Below, piece by piece: positions 29,422-37,782 of a stretch of DNA of 64,000 nucleotides. Made by a program: the position numbers and the translations under genes. The notes beneath the pieces were generated by a model. The model had not been told where the DNA came from. It ran no database searches and worked only from the letters and a program-made list of their open reading frames with translations. How positions within the stretch are numbered: position 1 is the first letter of the stretch; the number at the start of each line of letters is the position of its first letter. The stretch comes from Eubacteriales bacterium (lineage in GTDB: Bacteria > Bacillota > Clostridia > Oscillospirales > CAG-272). The stretch is taken from contig JAZNBK010000059.1 in NCBI GenBank assembly GCA_045587025.1, forward strand, positions 20 to 64,019, given 5' to 3'.

Positions 29422-30960
29422 ATGAAAAAGATTTTATCAATATTCCTTGCTTTCGTAATGCTCTTTTCGGTTGTCGTAGGCATGGCATCCTGCAAAAAGG
29501 ACAAGGGCGGCGAGGAGAACAGCGCATTCGATTTTTCGAAGGAGAAAATGAGCAAGTATATTTCTCTCGACAGAAGCGATTATATAGGCGTAGATATCGA
29601 AGTAGACGTAAATCCCGAAATCACGAAAAAGGACGTTGACGAATACGTTGATTATATCCTCGAAAGCGTAGCGGAAAGAAAGACGCTTTCAGACGTGGCG
29701 GTTGAAGACGGAGACGTCGTTGCGCTTTATTTCAGAGGCGTTTGCGACGGCGTTGAATTTGAGGGCGGCAGCAATATGTCCGACAAAACGCCTGCATCCT
29801 TGGAAATCGGCTCGGGTATGTTTATTCCCGGCTTTGAGGAAGCTTTGATAGGCATTGTTCCCAACACGACCGCGTTTACGAGAATAGATTCAGGTACGAT
29901 AAAGGGAGATTACGTTGTTTACGTTTCATATTCCTATACCTACAAAGACGAGACGGGCAAAGAAAAGAAGGGTGAGGTTAAGGAAGAGAGAATCGACCTT
30001 GCCGATACCGATAAGGAGATTTTCGCTTCACAGATTATAGGTAAATCTATCGGTACAGAAATAAATTTTGACGCCGACATCGACCTTACGGGCGACGGCG
30101 TAAACGAGAACGCAAGCATTAAATTGAAGGTTACCTTCGCTGCAATTGAGGAAGCTACGCCTATTACCGTTACGTTCCCGGATCCTTATAAATCAAACGA
30201 GGAGCTTTCAGGCAAGGAGGCGGTATTCTATGTAGTAATTAAGGAGCTGGCAAGAAAAGATATTCCCGAATTTACAGCAGACCTTATAACAGGAAAGCTC
30301 GGCTATAAGAGCGAGGCGGGAGCAACGGGTGACGCTCTCATTGAGGAGTTTTGCCAAGTTATAGAGGAGGGCTTGAAGGAGGAGAGAGCAACACAAATTG
30401 AGAACTTAGCTCTTGACAAGCTTTTCGCATCGCTTTATGAAAAGGCAGTCGTAAAGGAATATCCCGAGCAGGCGGTAGCGGAAGCGACGGCGTACTATAA
30501 GGAAGCTCTTAAATCCACCTTTGAGCAGTATAAAGCGTATTATTCCGATTTCCCCTATGAAACCGAGGCGGAGTTTGCGCCCGATTTCTTCGGCCCTGAT
30601 TTCAACAAGGAAGCGGACTTTGAGGTAGCGATTGACGAATACGCAAAGCTTTCGGTTCTTTCCCAGATGATACAGTTCTACATCTTGCAAGAGGAAAAGA
30701 TAGATTATAAGGACAAGGAAGAAAAGGAAAGCACTCTTAAATCGCTCTCCGAGTATTACGCGAGCTATTATACTCAGATGTACGGTCAGCAGGTAACGCC
30801 CGACCAGATTCTTGCAGACGGCGGAGAGGAAGCGCTGCTTCAGGAAGGACTTATGAACAAGGTCTATGAAATGCTTATCGAAAAGAATATGATAAAGGAA
30901 AATATTGTTGAACAGTCCGAAGCAGAGACAGAGGGCGAAGCTGAGGAAGAAGCAGAATAA
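29422..30960 (+). CDS. Lipoprotein with trigger-factor-like FKBP PPIase and C-terminal chaperone domains, paralogue 2 (512 aa)
   Basis: Lipobox VVVGMASCK. GDVVALYFRGV...GSGMFIPGFEEALIG...VTFPDPYKSNEELSGKEAVFYVVIKEL is collinear with the 27355 gene. Acidic tail EAETEGEAEEEAE. Confidence 0.7.
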   Translation: MKKILSIFLAFVMLFSVVVGMASCKKDKGGEENSAFDFSKEKMSKYISLDRSDYIGVDIEVDVNPEITKKDVDEYVDYILESVAERKTLSDVAVEDGDVVALYFRGVCDGVEFEGGSNMSDKTPASLEIGSGMFIPGFEEALIGIVPNTTAFTRIDSGTIKGDYVVYVSYSYTYKDETGKEKKGEVKEERIDLADTDKEIFASQIIGKSIGTEINFDADIDLTGDGVNENASIKLKVTFAAIEEATPITVTFPDPYKSNEELSGKEAVFYVVIKELARKDIPEFTADLITGKLGYKSEAGATGDALIEEFCQVIEEGLKEERATQIENLALDKLFASLYEKAVVKEYPEQAVAEATAYYKEALKSTFEQYKAYYSDFPYETEAEFAPDFFGPDFNKEADFEVAIDEYAKLSVLSQMIQFYILQEEKIDYKDKEEKESTLKSLSEYYASYYTQMYGQQVTPDQILADGGEEALLQEGLMNKVYEMLIEKNMIKENIVEQSEAETEGEAEEEAE

Positions 30961-30985
30961 TTCTTAAAAAAGAATAAAACGAAAA

Positions 30986-31028
30986 AGAACAGATTTCACT
31001 TCACACAAAACGAAATCTGTTCTTTTTA
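30986..31028. terminator. Bidirectional rho-independent terminator
   Basis: 12-bp stem AGAACAGATTTC/GAAATCTGTTCT flanked by an A-run (5') and a T-run (3'). Lies between convergent genes. Confidence 0.8.
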
Positions 31029-31134
31029 TATGCCAAAAGCAGCCTTTGGCAAGCTTGAAGGACGTAACGAAAAACGAGGGGGCGAAGGTTTTCGCAAGGG
31101 ATAGAATATTTCCCCGCCGTAGCCCGTAAGGTCG

Positions 31135-31701
31135 TTATTTTTTTCTTTTGTCGGTGGAAAAGCCGAATTTACCCAGCTTTTTGCCGAGCGTATAATATTC
31201 GCCGTGGGCGAATGCGCAGAGGTTCGCTCTTTCGATACAAAGCTTGCCCTTTTCGTCTAATAGGCGTTCGTCGACAGAAACGGAAAGAATATCGGCGACA
31301 AACATATCGTGCGAGCCGAGCGGAACGACGTCGCAGACACGACATTCAAGCGAAATGGGACATTCTGCTATCGTAGGCGCAGAAACCGTCTTTGACGCTA
31401 TCCCGGTAAGAGAGCATTTTTTAAATTTGTCTACCTTTGCCCCTGTATAAATACCGCAAAAATCTACCGTTCTTGCGAGCGAGGCAGGAGGGAGATTGAT
31501 AACAAATTCGCCCGTCTGCTTTAAAAGCTGATAGGAATGTCTTTGGGGGCGAACCGAAATATAGGTTTTCGGGGGATGAGAATTTAAAATACCCGTCCAG
31601 GCGACGGTTATAATATTAGAGCTTTCCATATCCCCACAGCTGACCATACAGGGTGGCACGGGGGCGAGCAGGGTGCTGCCGTTCCAATTTTGTCTTGACA
31701 T
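31135..31701 (-). CDS. Flavin reductase-like (FMN-binding split barrel) protein (188 aa)
   Basis: Start moved to the ATG at 31699-31701 (MSRQNWNGSTLLAPVPP...) after a GGAG SD. ITVAWTGILNSHPPKTYISVRPQRHSYQLLKQTGEFVINL is Flavin_Reduct-like. Confidence 0.7.
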   Translation of the reverse strand: MSRQNWNGSTLLAPVPPCMVSCGDMESSNIITVAWTGILNSHPPKTYISVRPQRHSYQLLKQTGEFVINLPPASLARTVDFCGIYTGAKVDKFKKCSLTGIASKTVSAPTIAECPISLECRVCDVVPLGSHDMFVADILSVSVDERLLDEKGKLCIERANLCAFAHGEYYTLGKKLGKFGFSTDKRKK

Positions 31702-31724
31702 AACATCTCCAAGGATTTGTAAAC

Positions 31725-32495
31725 TTATTTTTGCATTTTGAGCCAAGCTTTCGTAAGCAGGCAGTCGGGAAGGAGCTTAAAGAGCAGATGCTGGAGCTTC
31801 GTAAACCAATTTGTAACCGACATTACTTTACCTTTTTTTGCGTCCTTTATCGCCTTTGCGACGACTCGGTCAACCCGAAGCAACGGCTTCATTGACGACG
31901 CTTTCGGCCCCTTTGCGCCGGGAATATCGGTCGCCTTTCCGAGAAACTCGGTATCTACCCAGCCGGGACAAAAGGCGGTTGCGCTGATTCCAAGCCCTTT
32001 AAGCTCGTATTTGAGCGCCTTTGTGTAATGAAGCACGAACGCCTTGCTTGACGCGTATATATTGAAGTTAGGCAGGGGAGTGAAGCAGGAAGCGCTTCCA
32101 AGCTCGATAATATGAGCGCCTCTCTGCATATAAGGGATAGTCATATGAGTAATAAGCACGGTCGCCTTTATATTCAGGTCAAGCATACGGGAAACCTCCT
32201 CGTCGGAAATCTCACTGTAATCGCCGAATTTACCGAAGCCCGAGGCGTTTATAAGATACTTCACCTGCGGCTTTTCCTCCTGCAAGGCAAGGCGGAGCTT
32301 TTCTATACCCTCGCTCGTTGTGAGGTCTGCCGAAATAACCTTGGCGTTTCCGCCAAGCTCTTCCTTTAATTTCAAAAGACGGTCCTCTCGCCTTGCTATC
32401 AGATAGAACTCGTCTGCTTCCTTTGCGTTATAAAGCTGTAGGGCGAACTCTCTGCCAATGCCTGACGACGCCCCGGTAATAATAGCTACCGACAT
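31725..32495 (-). CDS. Short-chain dehydrogenase/reductase (256 aa)
   Basis: Start moved to the ATG at 32493-32495 (MSVAIITGASSGIGREF) after AAAGGAG. Catalytic YASSKAF. Confidence 0.85.
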   Translation of the reverse strand: MSVAIITGASSGIGREFALQLYNAKEADEFYLIARREDRLLKLKEELGGNAKVISADLTTSEGIEKLRLALQEEKPQVKYLINASGFGKFGDYSEISDEEVSRMLDLNIKATVLITHMTIPYMQRGAHIIELGSASCFTPLPNFNIYASSKAFVLHYTKALKYELKGLGISATAFCPGWVDTEFLGKATDIPGAKGPKASSMKPLLRVDRVVAKAIKDAKKGKVMSVTNWFTKLQHLLFKLLPDCLLTKAWLKMQK

Positions 32496-32520
32496 TTTCG
32501 TTCTCCTTTGTTGTAAATAA

Positions 32521-33270
32521 TTATTTGCTTGCGTTCGACAAAAGCGTTTCGTAGGTCTTGCTTGCGGCGTCGCTTTCTGCCGATTTTTTGTTCTTTCCCT
32601 CGCCGACGGCGTAATCTCTGCCCTCAATTTTGCAGATAACCTTATATTGCTTTTCGTGGTCAGGGCCTATTTCTGCGACGACCTCGTAAATAGGTCTTTG
32701 CATAGAGCGCGCCTGACACCATTCCTGGAGCAGATTTTTACTGCTTCGCATATGCGGCTGTCTGTTCTTCTCAAAATAGCGGTCGACGTCTAACATACGG
32801 TCGATGACCTCAAGCACGACAGCCATGTTTTTACCGCAGTCAAAATAGAGAGCGCCTATAATGCTCTCGAAAAGGTCCTCCATTACGGAGGGCTGCGTTG
32901 CAATATTCATCTTCTCGTCGCCTCGGTTGAGAAGCAGGTGTTCGTAGAGTCCCAGCTCTTTAATTCTTGCGGAAAGCATACTCTTGTCGCTGAGCTTGCT
33001 TTTGATGTTGGAAAAATCGCCCTCATCAAGCTCGCTCACGATTCCGCTCGCTCCGATTTTCGAATATTTTTCCATAAGAATCGTGATGATAGCGCCGCCA
33101 AGCACGCTATCTCCGCAAAACTCCAGAATCTCGTTGCTTTGAATTTCCATACCTGCCTGACGCATTTCGTTACAGTAGGACGCGCGGGAGAACGCCTGCT
33201 TTAAAAGCGCCTTGTTATTAAATATATATCCGATTTTTGCTTCGATAGACGAGCAGTCAAATTTTTTCAT
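32521..33270 (-). CDS. rnc: Ribonuclease III (249 aa)
   Basis: RNase III signature EILEFCGDSVLG and a C-terminal dsRBD (LLQEWCQARSMQRPIYEVVAEIGPDHEKQYKVICKIEGRDYAVGEGKNKKSAESDAA). Start is likely ATG 33270 (AAAAGGA SD); the ORF extends to 33288. Confidence 0.85.
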   Translation of the reverse strand: MKKFDCSSIEAKIGYIFNNKALLKQAFSRASYCNEMRQAGMEIQSNEILEFCGDSVLGGAIITILMEKYSKIGASGIVSELDEGDFSNIKSKLSDKSMLSARIKELGLYEHLLLNRGDEKMNIATQPSVMEDLFESIIGALYFDCGKNMAVVLEVIDRMLDVDRYFEKNRQPHMRSSKNLLQEWCQARSMQRPIYEVVAEIGPDHEKQYKVICKIEGRDYAVGEGKNKKSAESDAASKTYETLLSNASK

Positions 33271-33296
33271 ATATGAAGTCCTTTTCATTAGGAAAA

Positions 33297-33800
33297 TTAT
33301 TTCCTTTTTTTCTCATATCTTTCCTTCACAAGCGAAGCTATGTTCGCAGGGAGCAGGTCCTCGATAGAAAGCCCCATATCAAGCGCTTCACGAACAAGCG
33401 TGGACGAGCAGCTACAAAGCCCGTCGGAAGCGAGAAGGAAAAGGGTATCCCGCTCGGAATGCTTTTTATTGTACTCTGCCATTTCTTTTTCATATTTCAG
33501 ATCGCCTTCGTTGCGTATTCCCTTTACGATACAGTCGATATTATGCTTTTTCAGGTAATCGCAGACCATTCCCTCGTCGAAGTCGCAGAGAACGTTTTCG
33601 AGGTCTTGACAGGCGGCTTTCATAAAAAGGAGCTTTTCTTCCTTGTCAAAGAGATATTTCTTGCTCGGATTTATAAAGGCGACGAGGTGGATTTTATCAA
33701 AAACAGCGCTCGCTCGCTTTATTATATCCAGATGTCCTTTGGTAATAGGGTCGAAGCTTCCGCAGATAAGCGCAGAACTTTTTTCTTTTGATTTTTTCAT
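33297..33800 (-). CDS. coaD: Phosphopantetheine adenylyltransferase (167 aa)
   Basis: ALICGSFDPITKGHLDIIKRAS (H/TxGH nucleotidyltransferase motif). Size and rsmD-coaD synteny. Confidence 0.9.
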   Translation of the reverse strand: MKKSKEKSSALICGSFDPITKGHLDIIKRASAVFDKIHLVAFINPSKKYLFDKEEKLLFMKAACQDLENVLCDFDEGMVCDYLKKHNIDCIVKGIRNEGDLKYEKEMAEYNKKHSERDTLFLLASDGLCSCSSTLVREALDMGLSIEDLLPANIASLVKERYEKKRK

Positions 33801-33819
33801 ATCGGAAATCCTTTAAAAT

Positions 33820-34392
33820 TTATTCGTTTGCGCCGCGGTAAATTAATATGTTGACGAAGGATTTGCTGTACCTTGCGCTTTTTCTGACCTCGAAAAGCTC
33901 AGAAAGCGCAGCCCTTCCCTCAAAAATATCTTCATTTCCGCTCTCGCAGACCAGAATACAGCCCACCTCGGCAAGACCTGCCCTCACGATTCTTTCGAGC
34001 GCATCGCCCACAGAATTGTCTGCGTAGGGCGGATCTATGAAAATGAGGTCGTAGGAGCGCTCGTTTGCGCTCTTTCTGATAAAGTTGCGATAGTCGCTTA
34101 TAAGGAAGCGTGAAGCGGAGAAAAAGTTCGTCTTTTGAGCGTTTTTCTTCACGATAGCCATTGCTTCCTGCGAGCTGTCTACAAACATACAGCTCACAGC
34201 GCCACGAGAGAGCGCCTCGAGCCCCATCTGACCGCTGCCTGCAAAGAGGTCAAGCACACGGCAGCCCTCGACTTCAAATTGGATAGCGGAGAAGACCGCC
34301 TCTTTTATGCGTTCGCTCGTAGGACGGGTTGCTTCTCCCTCTAAGGTTTCGAGGCGAACGCCCCTAGCGCTGCCTGTGATAATTCTCATCAT
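33820..34392 (-). CDS. rsmD: 16S rRNA (guanine966-N2)-methyltransferase RsmD (190 aa)
   Basis: MRIITGSARGVRL...TRPTSERIKEAVFS, SAM motif VLDLFAGSGQMGLEALSRGA, and FIDPPY. ATG 34392 follows AAGGAG. Confidence 0.88.
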   Translation of the reverse strand: MMRIITGSARGVRLETLEGEATRPTSERIKEAVFSAIQFEVEGCRVLDLFAGSGQMGLEALSRGAVSCMFVDSSQEAMAIVKKNAQKTNFFSASRFLISDYRNFIRKSANERSYDLIFIDPPYADNSVGDALERIVRAGLAEVGCILVCESGNEDIFEGRAALSELFEVRKSARYSKSFVNILIYRGANE

Positions 34393-34437
34393 AACGTTTC
34401 TCCTTGTTGCCAATAATTATTTACAAGACAAAACCGG

Positions 34438-36273
34438 TCAGGATTTATCTTTTTTCTTTTCTTCAAAGTAGCCGACTATGCTTTGAGCGTCTGCCTTAGT
34501 AATTCCTCTGACAGAGGAAATATCCTCCTCGGTGGCAGAGGCGAGCTTGTTTATACTGCCAAACGCAGTTAAAAGAATTTTCGCCTTCTTTTCCCCTATA
34601 CCTCTGATATTGCAAAGAGAGGAACGCTTCAAGGTCTTTCTTTTAGCAGAGGACGAGCGGCTTACCGCAAAGCGATGAGCTTCCTCTTGTATACGATAGA
34701 TAAGGGCGTATACTGCCTGCTCGTGCGCTATTCCAAACTCGTTTTCACTGTCGCACAGCGTTCTCGTCTTATGATATTCGTCCTTCACCATTCCGAAAAC
34801 GGGAATAGAAAGGGACAGGTCGTCGAGCGCCGCCTTGCCCACGTTTACGTGACCGACGCCGCCGTCAAGAAGAATGAGGTCGGGGGCAGCCCCGAGAGAA
34901 GCGCTGCCGTCGCCTATGTGGCGAAGGCGTCTTGTCAGCGCCTCGCGCATAGCCCCATAGTCATCAACGCCGTCAGTGGTCTTGATTTTAAAATATCGGT
35001 AATCGGACTTCTTCATTTTTCCGTCCTCGTAGACGACCATAGAGGCGGTTATATGCTCTTTCCCTATGTTTGAAATATCGTACGCCTCAATTCTGTTCGG
35101 CAGGACATCAAGAGACAGCGTTTTTGCGAGTAAAAGCAGAGCCGTATCCTCTCTTTCCGCCTCTCTGCGATAGCGCGCTGCCCGCTCCCTTGCGTTCGCC
35201 TGAGCCATCAGGCAGAGCTTTTTTGCCTCGCTTCTTTTCGGCGTGCGAAGCGAAACTCTATGCCCCGCTTTAGCGCAAAGAAATTCCGAAAGGGGAGTGG
35301 CGTCCTCTTCCTCTAAATCGACGTCGAAAAGGATTTCCGACGGAATTTTACCCGTATCGGAATAATAATCGAAAAGAAAGGCGCAGAGGGCGTCGGAAGA
35401 AGAAAGCTCGTCGGCAGAGAACAAAAAATCATTTTTGGAAATCAAAAGTCCGTTTCTGATAGAAAGAATTGAAATTACGCCGCACAGCTCGTCTGTAAAG
35501 AGCGAGATTATATCCTGCTGCGCCTTTTCGTCGGTTACCGCCTTTTGCTTTTCGGAAAGCTTGCGAAGCGCAAAGATACTGTTACGACAGCGAAGCGCAT
35601 CCTCAAACTGTTCCTTTTCGGCGAAGGAGAGCATTTTTGCTTCAAGCTCGGCGATAGTTTCCGAGGTTTTTCCGTCAAGGACCTTTTTTGCGGACTTGAT
35701 TAGCTCCTTGTACGCTTCTTCGCTTATATCGTCGCAGCAGGGAGCGCAGCAGCGCCCCATTTGCCGATACAGGCAGGGGCGTTCCTTTCCTATATCTCGG
35801 GGGAAAACACGCTTGCAGTTAGGGAGCAGAAAAATTTTACGCAGAGCGTCTAACGCCGAGTGCGCCTCCTGCATACTCGAATAAGGCCCGTAATAGCTAC
35901 CGTCTGAGCTGCGCTCGCGGGTGACGATAAGCTTGGGGTAGCGCTCGTCTGTGATTTTTATATACGGATAGGATTTTGCATCCTTTAGCTTTATATTGTA
36001 TTTCGGAGAATATTTCTTTATTAAAACGTTTTCAAGAGTTAAAGCTTCAATCTCGGTGTCGCAGAGAATGGTATCGAAGTCAGCGACCGACGAGACCATT
36101 TTTTCGGTCTTGTAGGAATGATTTTTGCCTAAAAAATAACTGCTGACACGGTTTTTGAGCTTTTTCGACTTGCCGACGTAAATTACCTTTTTGTCCTTGT
36201 TCTTCATCAGATAGACGCCAGGACGAAGCGGGAGAGAGTTTGCCTTTTCTCGAAGATAGGGTATGTTGCTCAT
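34438..36273 (-). CDS. uvrC: Excinuclease ABC subunit C (611 aa)
   Basis: GIY-YIG domain (PGVYLMKNKDKKVIYVGKSKKLKNRVSSYF), UVR domain, endonuclease V-like domain and C-terminal HhH (IRGIGEKKAKILL). Confidence 0.95.
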   Translation of the reverse strand: MSNIPYLREKANSLPLRPGVYLMKNKDKKVIYVGKSKKLKNRVSSYFLGKNHSYKTEKMVSSVADFDTILCDTEIEALTLENVLIKKYSPKYNIKLKDAKSYPYIKITDERYPKLIVTRERSSDGSYYGPYSSMQEAHSALDALRKIFLLPNCKRVFPRDIGKERPCLYRQMGRCCAPCCDDISEEAYKELIKSAKKVLDGKTSETIAELEAKMLSFAEKEQFEDALRCRNSIFALRKLSEKQKAVTDEKAQQDIISLFTDELCGVISILSIRNGLLISKNDFLFSADELSSSDALCAFLFDYYSDTGKIPSEILFDVDLEEEDATPLSEFLCAKAGHRVSLRTPKRSEAKKLCLMAQANARERAARYRREAEREDTALLLLAKTLSLDVLPNRIEAYDISNIGKEHITASMVVYEDGKMKKSDYRYFKIKTTDGVDDYGAMREALTRRLRHIGDGSASLGAAPDLILLDGGVGHVNVGKAALDDLSLSIPVFGMVKDEYHKTRTLCDSENEFGIAHEQAVYALIYRIQEEAHRFAVSRSSSAKRKTLKRSSLCNIRGIGEKKAKILLTAFGSINKLASATEEDISSVRGITKADAQSIVGYFEEKKKDKS

Positions 36274-36426
36274 AGTTTACCTCGCGTGAGAGTTCGGTTG
36301 CGCCCAAAAGAGAAGCGCAAAGAAGCGTTAGCAAAACGGCGTATAGTTAATAAGAAAGGGCGTCGCATAAAAATTGCGCGCCCGTTCTTTCTGTCTGCCT
36401 CAAACCGTTCCAAAGAATAGTCGGGC

Positions 36427-36690
36427 TTAGTCTTTCAATTCGGTATCGATTAGATTGGCAAGTCCTTCAACGGCTTCATTCTCATCGGGACCGTCTGCAA
36501 TCAAATTGACAGTCATTCCATTTACAATTCCCAAAGAAAGAATGCCTAACAGACTTTTGGCGTTTACACGTCTGTCTTCCTTTTCAACCCAAACGGAAGA
36601 TTTAAAGGTGTTTGCTTTTTGAATAAAGAAGGTCGCAGGTCTTGCGTGAAGTCCTATCGAGTTCTTTATTGTAACGCTACGAGTAATCAT
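36427..36690 (-). CDS. ptsH: Phosphocarrier protein HPr (87 aa)
   Basis: His-15 site IGLHARPA and Ser-46 site VNAKSLLGILSLG. Confidence 0.92.
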   Translation of the reverse strand: MITRSVTIKNSIGLHARPATFFIQKANTFKSSVWVEKEDRRVNAKSLLGILSLGIVNGMTVNLIADGPDENEAVEGLANLIDTELKD

Positions 36691-36724
36691 CTTTTATACC
36701 TCTATGATTTAATACTACTAATAT

Positions 36725-36753
36725 AGTATAGCAAAACAACTGTATAAAATCAA
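36725..36753 (-). promoter_or_regulatory. Sigma-A type promoter for ptsH
   Basis: Minus strand reads TTGATT, a 17-nt spacer, then TGcTATACT. Confidence 0.5.
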
Positions 36754-36810
36754 GGGCTTTTTGTTTTTTTTAACAAAGATTTTCGTTTTTTCGAAAAAAT
36801 ATCGAAAAGA

Positions 36811-37293
36811 TTAGGGAATTTCGACGTTTAATATAAGAATATCAAGCTCTGCGAGCGAATTTTTGACCTTCAGCGTCATGTTTGGCGCGATATAGGCGTT
36901 GCCGTTCGCAAGAAAACCACCCTCGCCTACAAAGCCCGAAACGGAAAGAGCGCCGCGTATATCGTATAGCGAGACGGAATATGCTTTTATCGGCGCTCCG
37001 TCTAAGTCGAAGGTGTAATTGACGGCGGGAGACGCCTCAAGCGTGGCGGGAAGGATGCTTCCCAAGCGCTCCCCTGTTGTAAACAACAGTTTGCTATCGG
37101 TCGAAAGCGCGGAAAGAATATCGCGCGAGCTTTTTTGTATCTCAAAGGAAACTGTGGCTTCGAGCAGCTCGGACTGCTCGCGTCTCTTTTCCGCCCTTGC
37201 GTACCGTGAAAGCAAGCTTATGCAAAAGCAGAGAAGCAGCGCTATAATGACGTAATCGAGATAGGAAAGACGCTTGAAAAATTTAGTCAACAC
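36811..37293 (-). CDS. Small N-terminally anchored protein (160 aa), possibly DUF4330-like
   Basis: N-terminal TM (YLDYVIIALLLCFCISLL) and a beta-rich remainder. Same length and layout as the upstream gene, which it overlaps by 11 nt. The family assignment is from memory only. Confidence 0.45.
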   Translation of the reverse strand: MLTKFFKRLSYLDYVIIALLLCFCISLLSRYARAEKRREQSELLEATVSFEIQKSSRDILSALSTDSKLLFTTGERLGSILPATLEASPAVNYTFDLDGAPIKAYSVSLYDIRGALSVSGFVGEGGFLANGNAYIAPNMTLKVKNSLAELDILILNVEIP

Positions 37294-37765
37294 GCTCGTC
37301 CACCTCCCTTGGCGTAATTTCCACGCATCTGGAAACGCCGTAAAAGTCAGGCAGACGCAGGGGAATTTCTTTTCCCATTTTAAGAGCGTAGCCGTTTATC
37401 GAAACGGCGCCGTCAGCGACAGCGCCGTCAGAATAGAGCGTAATAAAAACGTTTAAAAAATCTTTTAGCTCGGAGAGGACGAACTTTTTGCCGTTATGAC
37501 TGTAAACCTCTGTAAGATACGGCTCAAATCGTATCTCGGCTATCCTTCCAAGCTCTCTTTTCCCGACCGCTTCGATAACTGTATCCCCCGTTTTTATATG
37601 CGGGGCGAGGTCTATTCTGACCTTTTCGAGCTTGAATACGGTTTTTACGACGCGGCTTTCTCTGCCTGCAAGCGTCTGTAAGGAGAAAAGCGGAAATAGG
37701 GAAAAAAGCAAAAGCGAAATCAAAAAAATTCTGGTTATACGGCGCACAAATTTAATGTTTTTCAT
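37283..37765 (-). CDS. Small N-terminally anchored protein (160 aa), possibly DUF4330-like
   Basis: N-terminal TM (ITRIFLISLLLFSLFPLFSL). Same length and layout as 36811..37293. Confidence 0.45.
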   Translation of the reverse strand: MKNIKFVRRITRIFLISLLLFSLFPLFSLQTLAGRESRVVKTVFKLEKVRIDLAPHIKTGDTVIEAVGKRELGRIAEIRFEPYLTEVYSHNGKKFVLSELKDFLNVFITLYSDGAVADGAVSINGYALKMGKEIPLRLPDFYGVSRCVEITPREVDERVD

Positions 37766-37782
37766 AAGCGCACCAAAAAATT

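Noticed and set aside
36274-36426. SOS (Cheo) box upstream of uvrC
   Set aside because: Only a half-site (CGAAC...) is present. The second half does not match GTTCG, so no operator call is made.
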